Origin: Vermamoeba vermiformis
Lineage: Eukaryota
Assembly (NCBI GenBank): GCA_045837725.1
Contig: JBEWZL010000077.1
Span: 496,001 to 560,000 of the forward strand
Reading direction: 5' to 3'
DNA length: 64,000 nt
The notes under the pieces were generated by a model, which saw nothing but the letters and a program-made list of their open reading frames with translations, was not told the DNA's origin and ran no database searches. Shown piece after piece: positions 38,301-52,392 of the stretch. Position numbers and translations under genes: made by a program. The first letter of the stretch is position 1, and every line of letters starts with the position of its first letter.

Positions 38301-40265
38301 TGACTTAATAGGCGGTAAGAATATAGTAGTAATAGTGCCTAAACTCTTCACGTAAGCCTCTTCTGTCGATAAAATTTCTTGAACGATTCTATTTCTCGTC
38401 TCTATAAGAAGAGTATGTTATTAAAAACGTTATAATAGTATGAATTGCTTATAATAAGTAATATTTTAAGCATTTTCGAAGTTTTTTGTTCGTTCTGAAT
38501 AAGAGGCGCGAGATCGAGTATTTTTAGTGATTGCGACAATTCGAGTCTAATTATTGAATTTTCGATAATACTCTTAATTAAGCAATTTCATCATAACCAT
38601 TATCGATATATTATAATATTATACCTTCTTCGCTTAATTCTCTCGGTGAGTTTGGTGCTGGCGGGCTCGCAGAATTATTGGGAATTGAAACTGACTGGCG
38701 AGATGAAACTGATGAAGAACTAGATGTGAGACTAGCACTAGATGGTGGTCCATTATTGCCAGGCTATATTAATAAGAGCGTTAGTAGTAATAAAAAACCA
38801 TTTCGAAAATTAATTAAGTGGCAGATCTCAAACGATATTTCTTTAAACCAAGAATTCATGTTATAATAAGACTAAGCCAAACGATTAAATATTATATCCT
38901 ATTATAGTCCTTTATAAGCAAATTAAAATGCGGATCTGTCGCTAGCAATCGGTTTTTCGATAGATCTTGGATCGACAATTCGCAGGGGTCTTAGAAATTA
39001 TTCAAAATATTTATATAGACGTACCTTATCTTTGCCAGGTAATGGTGGTAAAGGCCTGACTTTCAAAGCTGGCTCGTAAGCATTCATCGTACTGTAGGTA
39101 CTGTATCCGCCAGCCACGGAAGTTGAATATCGCTTATTTGAGCCTGAACCTGCTGATTTATGTTTAAATTCATGTGAAATCGATAGTAACTTCGTTTTGA
39201 ACTTTTTCATAATGGTTTAAATAATGTTCTATGTCAGATCTGGTTTGTCCTCTGCTCTGATCCGATCGAAAAATTTGATTTTAAAATGAATGTCACGAAA
39301 TTGTCGCGAGAAAAACGGAGTGTAGTTTTTTCCCAGCGCATGTTTCAGACCAGAACAGAGTCCTTCGCCACAGAAATTCTAACTTTTTTTGAATACGCAT
39401 CAATTTCAAAAGAAATTTCAATAAAAAGTACGGGTTTTAGTTTCGATTCGTCGCTTAATTTATCTATAATCCGATTTAGAACGGCAATTAAACAGCTTGC
39501 GCTAATTTACGGCATTTTTTGAATTAAACTAAATTAAATTAAAATCTGTTTTGCCAGATGTACTTACTTTCCGAATTGTAGCCATTATTCGTTGATACCG
39601 ATGCGCTAGAATTTTGTAGCGATCGAATGAAGCTCGGTTGCACGTTTCCGTTCTGTCTTGGGCTGATCAAGCTATCTACAACTCCGGGATTGGTTGCAAA
39701 CGATTTACTTCTCGGCCTACCTTCTTCATCTTCAACAAATGCATTGCGCGCTGGTACTGGTGGTGGTACTCGAGGAGGAGTACCTGCGAGTGATGTAGCT
39801 CGGCTTAAAAATCCTGCGTTCGGAGCAGATCCGGTTACAATGTTGCTAGATGGCGGACTGTTTTGAGAAACAGATGTGCTTCGCGGGATGGCTGGTACAC
39901 TCTTCATTTTTTTGGGTCGTTTTGATGCGGTGCAATTGTCCAAAAGTTGTGCAGAGCAATTTAAGTGGCAGTAGATGTCACAATCTAGAGCCGGTAGAAA
40001 TTTGTTAAAATTTTCAATCAACCATGCCCAAAAAAATAAATACAAATATAGCATAAATTTAGGGCAATTATAATTTCGTATCTGTAATCAATTATGGTGA
40101 TTAAATTTTGAGCGGATCAATCGGTAAATTTAATAAAAGATTATGAGAGTTCTTACCGAGGCAATGGTTTGCTTTATCGCTTGTTAATTCTTTTTTACAA
40201 ATGGTGCAAATTAATCCTGATTTTTTAAAGCTCTTTGTTTCGAGATTGTGTGGCGACGCTTCCAT
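35338..40265 (-). CDS. RhoGEF: C1 zinc finger - Pro/Ser linker - DH - PH - MORN repeats (ALS2-like DH-PH-MORN module)
   Basis: N-terminal H..C..C..C..C..H..C finger, DH (EILSTEEAYV, LIKPVQRIPRYELLL), PH, and many YEGxW..G..HGKG MORN repeats. Confidence 0.88.
35736..35786. repeat. 15-bp perfect inverted repeat built on the palindrome TGACACGTGTCA, intronic
   Basis: TTTGACACGTGTCAT (35736-35750) and ATGACACGTGTCAAA (35772-35786) are reverse complements. Confidence 0.8.
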
Positions 40266-40661
40266 ATTTACAATTAGTCGTGCTTATATACAACTGTACC
40301 TTGTGCTACCATACGTATTATATAATTTATAGTATGATGTGAGTTGTTGTATTCAAATACAAGTTGTTAAATTTTGTCGGCGAAGTTTCGTTTGGCTCGG
40401 GTATTGCGGGATCAAAGAAAGACCTACGAATGAAATAATATGCCCAATAGGCAGAGTATACTTCTAATAAAGTAATTCATTGCGAAGTAAGTTCAATGGC
40501 TAGTTCCCGAAATTTATTCCGTTGATCAGATCCACGCTGCGACAAAAAAAGCTGTTGGGCCCGAAACCGCTTTAAATTATTATTTTTAGCAGCCAATAAT
40601 TTCAACAAGTATAAGCGAAGGTGCTCGAGGAACATCAGCGAGGTCAACCGCGTTGCGAAAA

Positions 40662-43600
40662 ATGGATGTGGATCAACCGAGCAATCCAGGTCCTTTTGTT
40701 TCGTTAAAAGACAAATCAATAATTGTGGTATCTCCCCACAGCCACGCCAATATTTATAAGCAGATAGAGGTATGTAATTGAGTCGATCTGACCTATTTTT
40801 AGGAATTATTACATCCGTGGCTTTCTTTAATTCGTTTTATTTTCGAAAATTTGTTTTTCAGTATCAAATAATATTATTATGATATTGTCTCTTATTTTAA
40901 GATTTAACTGATTTATTTTCTAGAATTTGGCGCTACAAACTTCAGATCTGCGAGAGAAAAATCCTTACAGCGGGAATCATGAAGAAGAACGACCTGTTAA
41001 GAAGCGAAAATTAACTGAAGAATTAGCGGAAGAAAATAACAATAATAATAACGCTAAAAGACGCAAAACGGATCTTCCTGAAGCTATTTTCCGAGTGATC
41101 GAAGAGCAAGAAGATTTTGTGCCGTTCTTTTTGCGTCCAAAGTCTTATATTCGATTTAAAGGTATGATACTAATAATTAGGGTAATTTAGAATATTTTTG
41201 TTTCATTAACGGATCGGATGTCACTTTGTGTACAACGGATCGTCGATTTAATCCTGATATTCAATTAAATTCGATTAATAGCTGTGCATTATATTTAGAT
41301 AAATTTATCATATACTTTCATATTCTTATTTCACTTAAAATAATTCACTAACACGAGATCCACATCCAGAAAATCCATTTGCCGAGATTATCGACGAAGA
41401 TGATACACGAGTTGAATATGAATTAGATAGCGATGATGAAACCTTCTTATCTAATTATAATAAGAAGATGGAAACGGATCAAAAAGAGGCCTTAAAGCTC
41501 ACTAACGAGGCGTTTGAACACATTGTCGATGTTTGCGAAAAAGAAGCTTTTAAATTGGTACTACAACCTTCGCAAATTTATTATACGAAGTCGTATACTA
41601 ATGTATGATATTATTTAAGACTATGGACAAGCTCAAAGAAAATGAAATTGAAGCCGCGCATAAAGTGTGCACAGTTTGCAAAGACGGATCCTCCGATGAT
41701 AATAATCAGATTATTTTTTGCGATGGCTGTGATATGGCTGTACATCAAGCATGTTATGGTGTTAGGTACGTCTATGATATAATATCATTACTAATAATAC
41801 CACAAATATTTTTTCAAGGTCGGATCCAGATCTCCAGTCCAATTTTTATCGATTGAATTTTCGATTAAAAATATTGATATTATTATATTATTAGATCTAT
41901 TCCCGAAGGTACATGGTTCTGTGAGTTATGTGACATTGGTATTGGTCCAGATCATCCGTGCAAATTCTGCGGTCAAACTGGCGGTGCCCAGAAAAAAACC
42001 GCTGTGCCGAATAGAAATGAATATGTGCACGTACAATGTGCTTTGTAAGTATAGATATCATAATTATATACGAGGTTGTTATACTAACCGAAAAAAATTG
42101 TTGGCGCCAAATTTGGATCGCGTTCGGTAGAAATTTCAAATTAATTAATTTTATTTACAGGTGGTTGCCCGAATGTCATTTTAAAGAAGACGATTGTTAT
42201 GGACCAGTGTATTATAGAAAAGAAATTGATAAGGACCGATATCGATTGCAATGCAACATTTGCAACAAACGAGTTGGCGCTCCAATTCAATGCTCGGATA
42301 AGTACGTATTATTATCATATAGTATTTATAATATGCCTGATATTAATATAATATTAATTTCTTAGAAAATGCTTTACATCGTTCCATATTACTTGTGCGC
42401 AAGACAAATGTTACGTGCTCGAAATGGAAGAAAGTGATCAAGGCGTAGATTTCTTCGTAAGAATAATATTATAATATTATAGTATGACATGTTATATTAA
42501 TATTAATAGTCTTGGTGTCCTAAACATACTCCGCCAGAATTGAAAGAAAAAAGAGAAAAAATGATTAAAGACGCGGAGAAAAGAGAACAATCCCGCAAAC
42601 GTGCTGAAGCGATGAAAAAACAAGAAGGTAATTATATATATTATTTAGAATAATACAGAACAATTACAAAGAAAATTTTGGTTTTCGATCTGATCTTGAT
42701 CTCACCGGATGTGCCATTTTAGAGCAAGTCATGCTTTTGAATCCTAAGCACTTTGAACACGAGAAGTTCTGTGGTGGATTAGAGCTCGATAGAGTCAAAA
42801 AGAACGTTAAAACTGTTCAGCCTCAAACTTGCAGCCACATTTTTAGATATTGGGCGGAAAAACGTAAACGACGAAGAGGTTTGCCGTTAATTAAACGATT
42901 TCAGGTAAATAATAACAGCCTATATTAATGTCTAAATATAGTAATAACCTTTTTAATTTTAGCCGTCTGTTTTGAAACTCGCACCACCTCCGCCAAGGCT
43001 TGAAGACATGGTAATTAATTACGATGTTGTAATTTTACCATATTTGGCTAATTGTGGTATATTTGCAGAGCCAAGAAAATATGATTCAAGGCCGTAAAGT
43101 TATGACGAGTTTGAGAGAACGATTGGAAAAATTGCGGTTGATGCTGGATCTCGTTGTCAAGTAAGAAAAAACGTTCATTAATCTAATCTATTTATATTAA
43201 TCAATATCCTTTTCAGGCGAGAGAAAGTCAAGCAAAGATTAGCGCAGATCCAAACCGAACGATTTGAATCATTAATATTACCTGAAAATATCCGATGGCG
43301 AGCCATTGTTAGCGCACTCGAAGCGTGAGTATAATATTGCCTAATCAGGAAATCCCATTTGTTAATAACTTTTTTTATCTTGTAGCGAGGACACTTCAAG
43401 TCTATTTTTGGAACCTGTTTCGACGCACGTGGCACCGGATTATTATGAAGTCATCAAAACACCAATCAGCTTTTACGACATTCGAAACAAAATTAACAAT
43501 TGTGAATATAAATCTGACGAGGAATTCTGGGTAAGTTTTTTAAACCTGACAAAAATCGAGGTTTTGGTTTGACACGTGTCATTAATATTTCCTTATTAGG

Positions 43601-45375
43601 CTGATGTGTCGTTGATCTTCAAGAATGCCAAAGAGTACAACAAAGAAGATACTTTTGTGTACGAAGAAGCCGTGCGAATTGAAGCAGTAATGACACGTGC
43701 CAAAAAAGACCTTGCATCGGAGCAAGTTCCGATCATTACGAAACGTGCCAGAGAACAAGTTGAACCTGTCAAAAAGCCTGTTTCGACTAAGAAGGCTCCT
43801 GAATATGAACTCACGAACAATACGAACACGAACAATAATACCAATCGTGACGATCAAAATGCCATGGCGATCGATGACAAGCAAAGTTTGGTCCCGCAAA
43901 TTGACGCCATGAACAGCTCATTTGCAGGCGAGCCTTTGACAGGTGTCAACACGTCATTCCCGCTCTTGAACACCGCGAACGATTTGAACATGTCAAATTT
44001 GGATATGGTCAACGACAGCACTGCTGTCAACATGTCACTGAATTACGGCAAATATTTGAACAACAACTTGGACGATGATTTGAACGGATCTGATTGGGCC
44101 AAAATTGACGCGGACAGCAGTCTCAATATTGAAGATTTTTTGAACACTAGCGTCACGAATAATACGACTTCTTCTAATAACAACAATAAGCAAGAAGACG
44201 TTGAAATGCGCGATGCTGAAAATTCGAAGAAAAACGAACAAGACGCTGCAAATCAATCTGTCGAAGCAGGCAATAACAATGCGATGATGACACCACCTGG
44301 ATCCGCTGTGAAAAAATCAGCGGCGAATAAGAAGGCCAATGCCAAGTCTAGCCCGACAAGCAAGTCCTCGAAAACTCCGAAGAAATCATCTGGCCAATCA
44401 GATAACGCCAAACAAGAGGACGAAAGTAAGCCCGTTGAAAGTTCGGCCGCTGAAAGTACGACCAAAGAAGACAAAGAAAAATCTTCCAAGAAAAGTCAAG
44501 CTGTCACAGATAGTCCTAAAAGTGACGCTAAGCATGCGAAGAGAATGAGCCCGAAAGCGAACAAAAAGAGTGCTGATAAGGCCCAATCTGACAACACTAA
44601 CAACAGCACTGAAGTCGCAAAGAAAAACGACCTGGAAGTTAGTGAAGAAAAAGACAATAAGAAAGATTTAAATACTGCCAATGAAAAATCAACGGCGAAA
44701 AGTTCCTCGAAAAAGAGTTCATCAACAGCAACAGCAGTGGAATCGAGCAAAAAATCAGCAGCGACACCCAATGGACACGTGTCAACGTTAAGCGAGAAAA
44801 AGAAGAGCGCGACGAGCAAGGAAAGTCCGGCGAAGAATTCTGCAGCGGAAAAATCGAGTTCTAAAGCCAAGAACGCCGAAGAAAAGAAAAAAGAACCAGC
44901 GAGCGATCCAAGCCCGAAGAATACGAGCACTAATAATAATAAGACCCCTGCAAAGTCTGATCAAAAGAAAGAACCGGCGAGCGAAGGCACAAAAAGCACA
45001 AAAAAGTCAACGAAAAGTCAAACTGAAAAAGTAACGGCCAATAATGCCAATGAAAATGAAGAAAAAGATGCGCAAATGAACGGCGTTCATGAACAAGAAC
45101 CAGCAACGCCTAAGAAGACTTCACCAAAAAAGGCAACTTCACCGAAGAGCACAAAGAAACCAGATCCGAAATCGAGCAAAAAAGCTGATGCAAAGAATGA
45201 ACCAGAGACAAAAACTCCGCAAAAGAAGTCAAGTTCGAGTGCCAAAAATAGTAATAAGAATGATAAGAGCGATGAAAATAAGACTGAAACCAGTCCGAAG
45301 AAAAACGAGGCTAAAACACCGAAGAAATCTGAAGCCAAAACTCCTGCAAATGGTAAAAGCAAGTCTACGACTTGA
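40662..45375 (+). CDS. BRPF/Nto1-like HAT-complex scaffold: EPL1 - PHD - Zn-knuckle/PHD2 - bromodomain - long K/S-rich tail (start uncertain)
   Basis: [13 protein letters not shown] ([30 protein letters not shown]), PZP second finger, and a bromodomain ([22 protein letters not shown]). Confidence 0.88.
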
Positions 45376-45458
45376 TTGGCTACTTAAGAAATTAATAAAT
45401 ATACTATTTATGAACATAAATTTGATAAAAATTAGTGGCTTTGTTAGCCCTTCTCAAA

Positions 45459-47790
45459 TTATTTCTTTCTGTGTTTGCTGCGTTCTATTGCTTCATTAAT
45501 CCACTTCTGTAATACTCCATGTATAGCCAAACCCAAGCCATCTTGTGGGAAGAGCCATTTCAAAAGAAAGTTAAGTGGTTTTGGTTCAAGCACCGCATAA
45601 TGAAGGACTGTAATGTTAAGTTAGCAGAAATTACATTACAACATGACAGGTTACCAGGAAGTTCTTCCAATCTATATACTTGTTTGAATGCAACAACTCC
45701 TAAATCCTCTGGGCTAATGTTGAACTCTCTTTCCAACTGCTCAGGATCATACATATGATTGGTGTTATGAATTGCTGCAAGGCTAATCTCAGTTATATGA
45801 TGAACTGTAAATTCACTGTTAGTACATCAAACATTCAAAATGTCACTTACATAAGAGTTTCTTCTTAAGCTCTGGTTGCTTTGCCATAGCTTTGTCCAAA
45901 ATGTTATGGCAGTCTGTTTGCATTTTTGCAATTGCTGCTTCAGAGCTCCAAGTTAACATACTAATAGCTTCTGCCACTGTTTTTGGAGCCTTTAGATTTA
46001 TGTCTTTCATTGCCTCTGGAAGGTCCATGGTGTTCCAATTTGCCAAAATATTCAAGAGCAGTACAATAAATCCAGGGCGTCCCTGAAAGTTTTTAGCAAC
46101 ATCATCAAGAAGAGCTTCCAATTGTTGTCTCTCCAAGTCAGTAGCTTGAAGTTTCAATTCTTCAATTGCTAAGTGCTTGTGCAAAAATTCTTTGACTTCC
46201 TTTTGTGTAAGCAGTGGAAAGTTCATGCTCTGGTTTGTTTGATAAAACACTGACCCTGCTTTTGCCACAGCAGTTTTTCCTGACTGGTCAAGTTTTTTCA
46301 ACGCAGTTCCTGCTACAATTCTTCTTGTACCTGCATTGCAGCTGTCCAACAGAGCTCTTAGCAAGCTAAAGTTTTGTTAGAAATTCATCTGCCACAACAT
46401 TGCATTACTTACTTTTCATGTTTAGAGGCAACAGATTTGCCTTGAGTTTCATTCAATAAAGTTTGAGCATCATCAACAGCTAACCATACATTGTATTTTT
46501 CCAGCAAGGGATCAAGCAACTTTGACTGAATCTCTTTTGGACTGAGAAACTCTTCCTTGGCAAAATAATCATTCAACTTGTTTTGAATGGCAGCAATTAC
46601 TTCTTGTCCAACACTTGTGGACCAATAGAGCCAATCTCTAGTAGAAAGATTTGGTGCTCGTTTATGTAGTATCTCCAAGGCCAGAGCATGTGCCAACCAA
46701 AAGACTGTACAATACTGACTGATGATACATGATGTGTTCTCAATCCTGTTGTCCTTTGTGACCTTGTCAATCTGATTTGCAAGATCTTGGAATGGTTTGT
46801 TGACCTTCAATAACGGTCAGATAGTTACTTAACATGCAAATTTGCTTACATTGTCCTTGACAGTTTGGCCACAATTAACATAGAAGACAAATGCATGGTT
46901 ACTAAGCTCAAAGATAGCTCCTGTTGATGATTTTTAGCAACAGTGCTTATTAGTTGTTAAAGACTTACCAGTTTTTCCAGCACCAGAAGGTGCACGTAGT
47001 ACAAACAGTTTTAACTGTTGTTCTCTTGAAGGCACTTTAGCTTGCCTAACAAGGTAGTTTGTAATTTCATCACTGACTGTCATGCCCAGCCAACAGGGAT
47101 CAAACTGGCTTTCATTTTTGAACAGATTTGTTGGCAAATTTCTTTTGTACAGTATTCCTAATCTTTGTTGCTGATAGGTGGCAATGTCTTCTGGCGACTT
47201 TTTATTCCAAGTCCAGCCATCAAAACAAGACTCACAATGTTTGATGGCATCTTCAATCGTCCAGTCAAGAAAAAGCTTGGCTTTTTGAAACATTAATGAG
47301 GATAACAAGCATTAACAGAACTTACATTGTTTTAGCAGCAGTTCCTTAAATGCCTTGATGTAGTTTGGTTCATTTACTGGCCAAATAATCATTAATAATT
47401 CAGCTTTGCAGAATTTGCACCTTACGTTTCTCAGCAATTTCGTTTGCATGACCAGAAGCTGTACTTATCCACCGCTTTTGCATTGCAACTTGACTAGCAA
47501 TCTTGGTAAATAATGCATTGATGCACTATAAATACGAACTCACCATTTACGAGAGTTCTTTTGCTCGTGAATGCCGTTAAACGGATCTCCGCCTATTTAA
47601 TTTACATTTGTTAAAATAAATAGCACAAATCATTATTAAATTAATTTTAGTCCTTACAAATAATGCGAGGTAACTTACAAAATATTTCGGTGCTTTTTGT
47701 GCTTGGATGTGCCAAACCAAAGAGTCCTCGATCTGCCGTTCGAATAGTGTGTAATGAGGCAGCAAACCTCTTTGCAAGTGTAGTATACAT
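45459..47790 (-). CDS. P-loop NTPase of CR-effector/STAND-like type (5' end uncertain)
   Basis: Walker A APSGAGKT, Walker B WLAVDDAQ, IVAGT sensor, GRPG helical motif; spliced by short GT-AG introns; CpG-poor. Confidence 0.65.
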
Positions 47791-48156
47791 TAGCAATATA
47801 ATTTAAGTATATACTATAATATGCACTAATCTGATCTGACGTCTGGTCGTTTGAGTCTGCAAAAGTCAAGATTCGCGTTTTTCTTTTAATCGGATTAACA
47901 TGTTAATTTTTGCACAAAGTAAGAGGCCATGGTTTAATAATCTATGTTCATATATCAATTACCTATTAAGACCGGTTCTTCATCGATGAATAGCTTTACG
48001 TTTTTGCGATCCGGTCTCCAAACCAGGAAGTGAAACGTTTCTTACTATAGGTCATTTAAATATAATTATATTCCAATATCATATTGATTTTTGCACGAGG
48101 ATGTTAATAGAACTCGGAGTTATGCAAAACTTAGAGTATTTTTTATGTCGGAAGAA

Positions 48157-49993
48157 CTAGCAAGCATCGACTTCAGTAGCCAAGTTGTTAAATGCAGCGT
48201 TGATATTTGAGTTGATGATGCATGTCTGAAAATAATAATTAATTAATTAACAAAATAGGAGAATAAAAGATCCGGATCGCATCTCCAAATCTCGTTTCGG
48301 GTACTTACTGCACCACCACCGCGATTACGCTGAGACGTCATACGATTAATATCACCGATACAAGTCACATAAGGGTTGCTGCGAATGTGTTTGTTCGAGC
48401 TCATAGGAGAGACGGCCCATTTGGCATGATCTTTCGTTTCGCGGAAGGAAATTGACGAATCAAACGTGACTTGCTTAACATTCATAGTCTTATAACTACC
48501 ACTACATTCGCTAGGCATCAATGGTCGCTAATTATTGAAGTTAGATCTCGTTACAAATAAAAAGATCGGATTTGAATCTGAACTTGAAAACGAAACTTAC
48601 GCCCCAACTTTCGACAATAAGATTGGCCTTATAATAAGGTGCCACCAAGTCGTCATAAAGGTCTTGATCCCAGGCTTTATCCTTGGCAAAGTCGGTGAAA
48701 AGAACTCCGCCGGCAGAATATACGTTAGTGATGTTGTTAGTGACTGTCTTGCCCTATAATACATAATAGTATTAATATTAGTACCGAATGTATATTTTTG
48801 GCGCCTAGATCTGGTAGCCATAAGCACAAAAGTAGGATTTGGAACACGTACCGATTCAGAAACGAGCTGCGCGAAATATGAATAGGCATTTCCGACATTA
48901 TTAGGAATCGCCGATGCATATACGAAAGGATTATTGATGATATATTGGCCGGCAATTTGGTTCAACTGATCGATGCCTACATCCGCCAAACAGATCCGTT
49001 AGAACAAGTTCATAGTCTGTATATATGTTCAACATACCCATAGTAATGCAAAGCAAGGTCTGTCCATAGACTCGCTCGTTGTCAGGGAACGAGTAACCGC
49101 CGTTGGATGGATCCTCAGGAAAGCGAGGAATACTGTGGCGTAAAAAGAATCCACCGTTCATATCTAACGTCATAAGGCCCTATATCATGATATTATATGA
49201 GTTGATGTAAGCTTAAAAATCCCTTTTCAGGCCGATCGAGTTGGAAAGATCTCGTTCGAATTGAAAAGTCCGCAGCATAATGCTAAACGTCCTATTAGTA
49301 GGGATTATACCTTGGCATGAGCTTTGGTGCTAGTCTTATGACCATCAGGAGACTCGTCTAATTAAGAACAAATTAAGTCCCTGAAAATGCCGAGCAAATC
49401 CGTTGCTATAATCTCTTACCATTCCACATAATATAGCCAGATGGATTGCTATAAAACGGATTCAATGTTGCTGATAAGGCCGAGTTGTTATCATCGAGGC
49501 TCTTGGTTGAGATCTGAGAGAAAGATATCTCCGATTAGATCTACCCTCGTAATCTATCAGACATTGAGACTAACCTTCCACTGGGCAGATGTATATGTAT
49601 TGGCATCTATATATGCATACGATGTGCCTGCTTCAGCTCTTTTAGCATCCTCAGGAAATTTGTAGGTGATCCTGGTTGATCAAAAAAATCCCGTTAGAAA
49701 ATTGAATTACTTTATTTATAAAAATATTATTCTAATTGATAAATAAATGTAAATACGATAATCATCGGTACAATCAAATTTATCTCTCTCTAGTATTTAA
49801 TTTAATATCGGATCAATGGGACACGCACGACACGACATTATTAATTAGGATAGGATCATAATAATAATTACCACCAATCTACAGGAGCACCACTAAAATC
49901 ATCACGGCACGTAAACGAGTCCGCAATGCAGATTTGTAATTGACAAGCGCAGATCAACGCCAAGCCAATTAACAATCGCTGTGAAATAGCCAT
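48157..49993 (-). CDS. Deoxyribonuclease II (acid DNase, PLD family), copy 1
   Basis: Signal peptide, PVDW, AHAKG and DHAKW catalytic motifs, GFFLRHSIPRFP, YGQTLLC, CIGDINRM.SQ..RGGG. Confidence 0.93.
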
Positions 49994-50370
49994 CGTCTCG
50001 TCGATTCAGATCAACCTCCGATCTAAATTATAGCGTAGTGTTGAGTAACACTGCGCCGAGCTGAAGGGTTAAAAAATAATGGTACCGCCGATAATCGCTT
50101 GGGACTTCAGTTCACCAATGGAGTCTAAAAATAGCCCCTTGGAATATTACTATCATGATTAATGTAAGTAGTTTGAATGGCAAGATGGCTGGCCAATCAA
50201 AGCAGCATCCGTAGGTGACCCCTGAATCCACTTTCATGAACTGTTTGGCAATAAAAGGTTATTATTTATGCCTCAATAATAGCGTGGAATGCCATCTCGA
50301 TAGAACTCCAAAACAGCGCTCGAAATCCTCAAGTTCTTAATGTACAAAGATGGGTTTATTGGTTATTGGC

Positions 50371-52129
50371 CTAACAAGCGTCTACTTGACTGACCAAGTT
50401 GTTGAATGCAGCATTGATGCATGGATTAATAATACATGTCTGGAAGAATAACGAATGAGTAAAAAGTTTTTTAAAAGATCGCTCAAAAAAGCGAATAAAA
50501 GATCCACGTCGCATCTGAATCTCGTTTCGAGTACTTACTGCACCACCACCGCGCCTACGCTGAGACTTCATACGATTAATATCACCAATACAAGTCACAT
50601 AAGGGTTGCTGCGGATGTGTTTGTTCGAGCTCATGGGAGAGGCAGCCCATTTAGCATGATCTTTTGTATCTACGAACGATATCGTCGTATCAAATGTTAC
50701 TTCTTGAACATTCATAATATTGTGGCTACCATCGCATTTACTTGGCATCAGCGGACGCTTTGAATTGAAAATTAGATCCGGTACAAAGGCTCCGTTACAA
50801 AGGAGGTAAAAGGGTTGAATTTGAAATGAAATACTGTTTGAAACGAAACTTACACCCCAACTCTCCACAATAAGGCTAGTTCTATAATAAGGCGCCACCA
50901 AGTCGTCGTACAGATCTCGATCCCACGCTCTATTCTTAGCGAAGTCGGTGAAAAGAACTCCGCCAGCGGAGTATATATCAATGATGTTTGTAGCAGCTTT
51001 TTCCTGCTATAAGCGGTTAAAACAGGTTAATTCAAAATTAGCAAGATCTAACGTACCTGAACTTCAACCTCTCGTGCGTGCTTTTTCGCCAGCTTAATAA
51101 GCTCCCTAAAGGAAGTAAACTGGCTATCGATATCACCAGGCACCATATGTGCGTAAACATAAGGATTGTTGATGATGTACTGGCCAGCAAGCTGGTTTAA
51201 CTGAGCCGCTTCTAGATCGCCATACAGATCCGTTAGCTATCAGAGCTCGTGCCATACGCATCCTATACATACTCATAGTAATGCAAAGCAAGGTCTGGCC
51301 GAAGGTTTGTCCGCTTTTCGGGAACATGTAACCGCCTCTTGATGGATCCTCTGGAAATCCAGGAACACTGTGTCGTAGAAAAAAGCCTCCATCGTTATCG
51401 AAGGTCATAATACCCTGTTATATAATCACGTAAGTGTATATTCATGATAGAGAGACGGTCGTAGAATAGATGCAAGACAAAGCGACGAGATCCCGAAGAA
51501 TTAATTGGAACACGAAATTGAAAAGTCGGCAGAAATATCGAATAACGATTGCCATTAATTACGATATCGTACCTTAGCATGAGCTTTAGAAGAGGTCTTG
51601 TAGCCATCAGGAGCTGCATCTACAGTTGACAAATTTAGACCGCATCCAGTTTGGACCATTAGACCTTCTTACCATTACACATAATATACCCCGTTTGGTT
51701 GCCATACATCGGTATTAATGTAGCTGCTAAGGCTGAGGTCTCGTCGTTTAGATCCTTGCCCGAGATCTAATGAAATGTTTGACATCGTTCGAGTCCAACG
51801 AATATGCCCAACAAAACTAACCTTCCATTGGCTCGATGTATAAGTATTAGCATCCATATAAGCATAAGATGTGCCTGATGGAAACTTATACGTAATCCTG
51901 AAATATTAATCGTTAACTCAATCTGTGACACTTGAAAAAACAATTCAAATATTGCTTATTTTGAATTATTTAAGTGCTATAATAATTACCACCAATCTAC
52001 TGGAGCAGCGGAAAAGTCATCGCGGCAAACAAAAGTGTCAGCAACGCAGATGTGCATCTGGACCGCGCAGAGCAACGCCAAACTGAGCAAGAACCGCTCG
52101 TAGTCAGTCATCCTGCTACTAAGAGTCAT
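50371..52129 (-). CDS. Deoxyribonuclease II, copy 2 (tandem paralogue)
   Basis: Same motifs and matching exon layout as copy 1 (AHAKG, DHAKW, CIGDINRMKSQRRRGGG). Confidence 0.93.
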
Positions 52130-52392
52130 ATTCTTGGTAGTTTGGCGAAAGTATTGAGCAACACTGCGCTGAAAAGTTTTATGTGAGCTGCGTACTTTCT
52201 GACTTTTAGTTTGACGAATAGTCGTGAGGTCTAAAAATATCAACCGTGACATCTTGCAAGTTAGTTCAAAATATTAATATCATAATTAACCCCGAATAAC
52301 GCAGAGCTGACATGTTAGATCTTGAACGGATGGAGATGAGATCCGGATTTGGTTTGCAAATCAAAGCGTTTACTTGCCTTACAAGTCGCTGT

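Noticed and set aside
43204-43217. Second ATATCCTT U12 donor
   Set aside because: It lies in the 3' pyrimidine tract of an ordinary GT-AG intron.
44035-45417. Hydrophobic antisense ORFs
   Set aside because: Shadows of the K/S/E-rich coding strand; the same applies to most short overlapping ORFs in the track.
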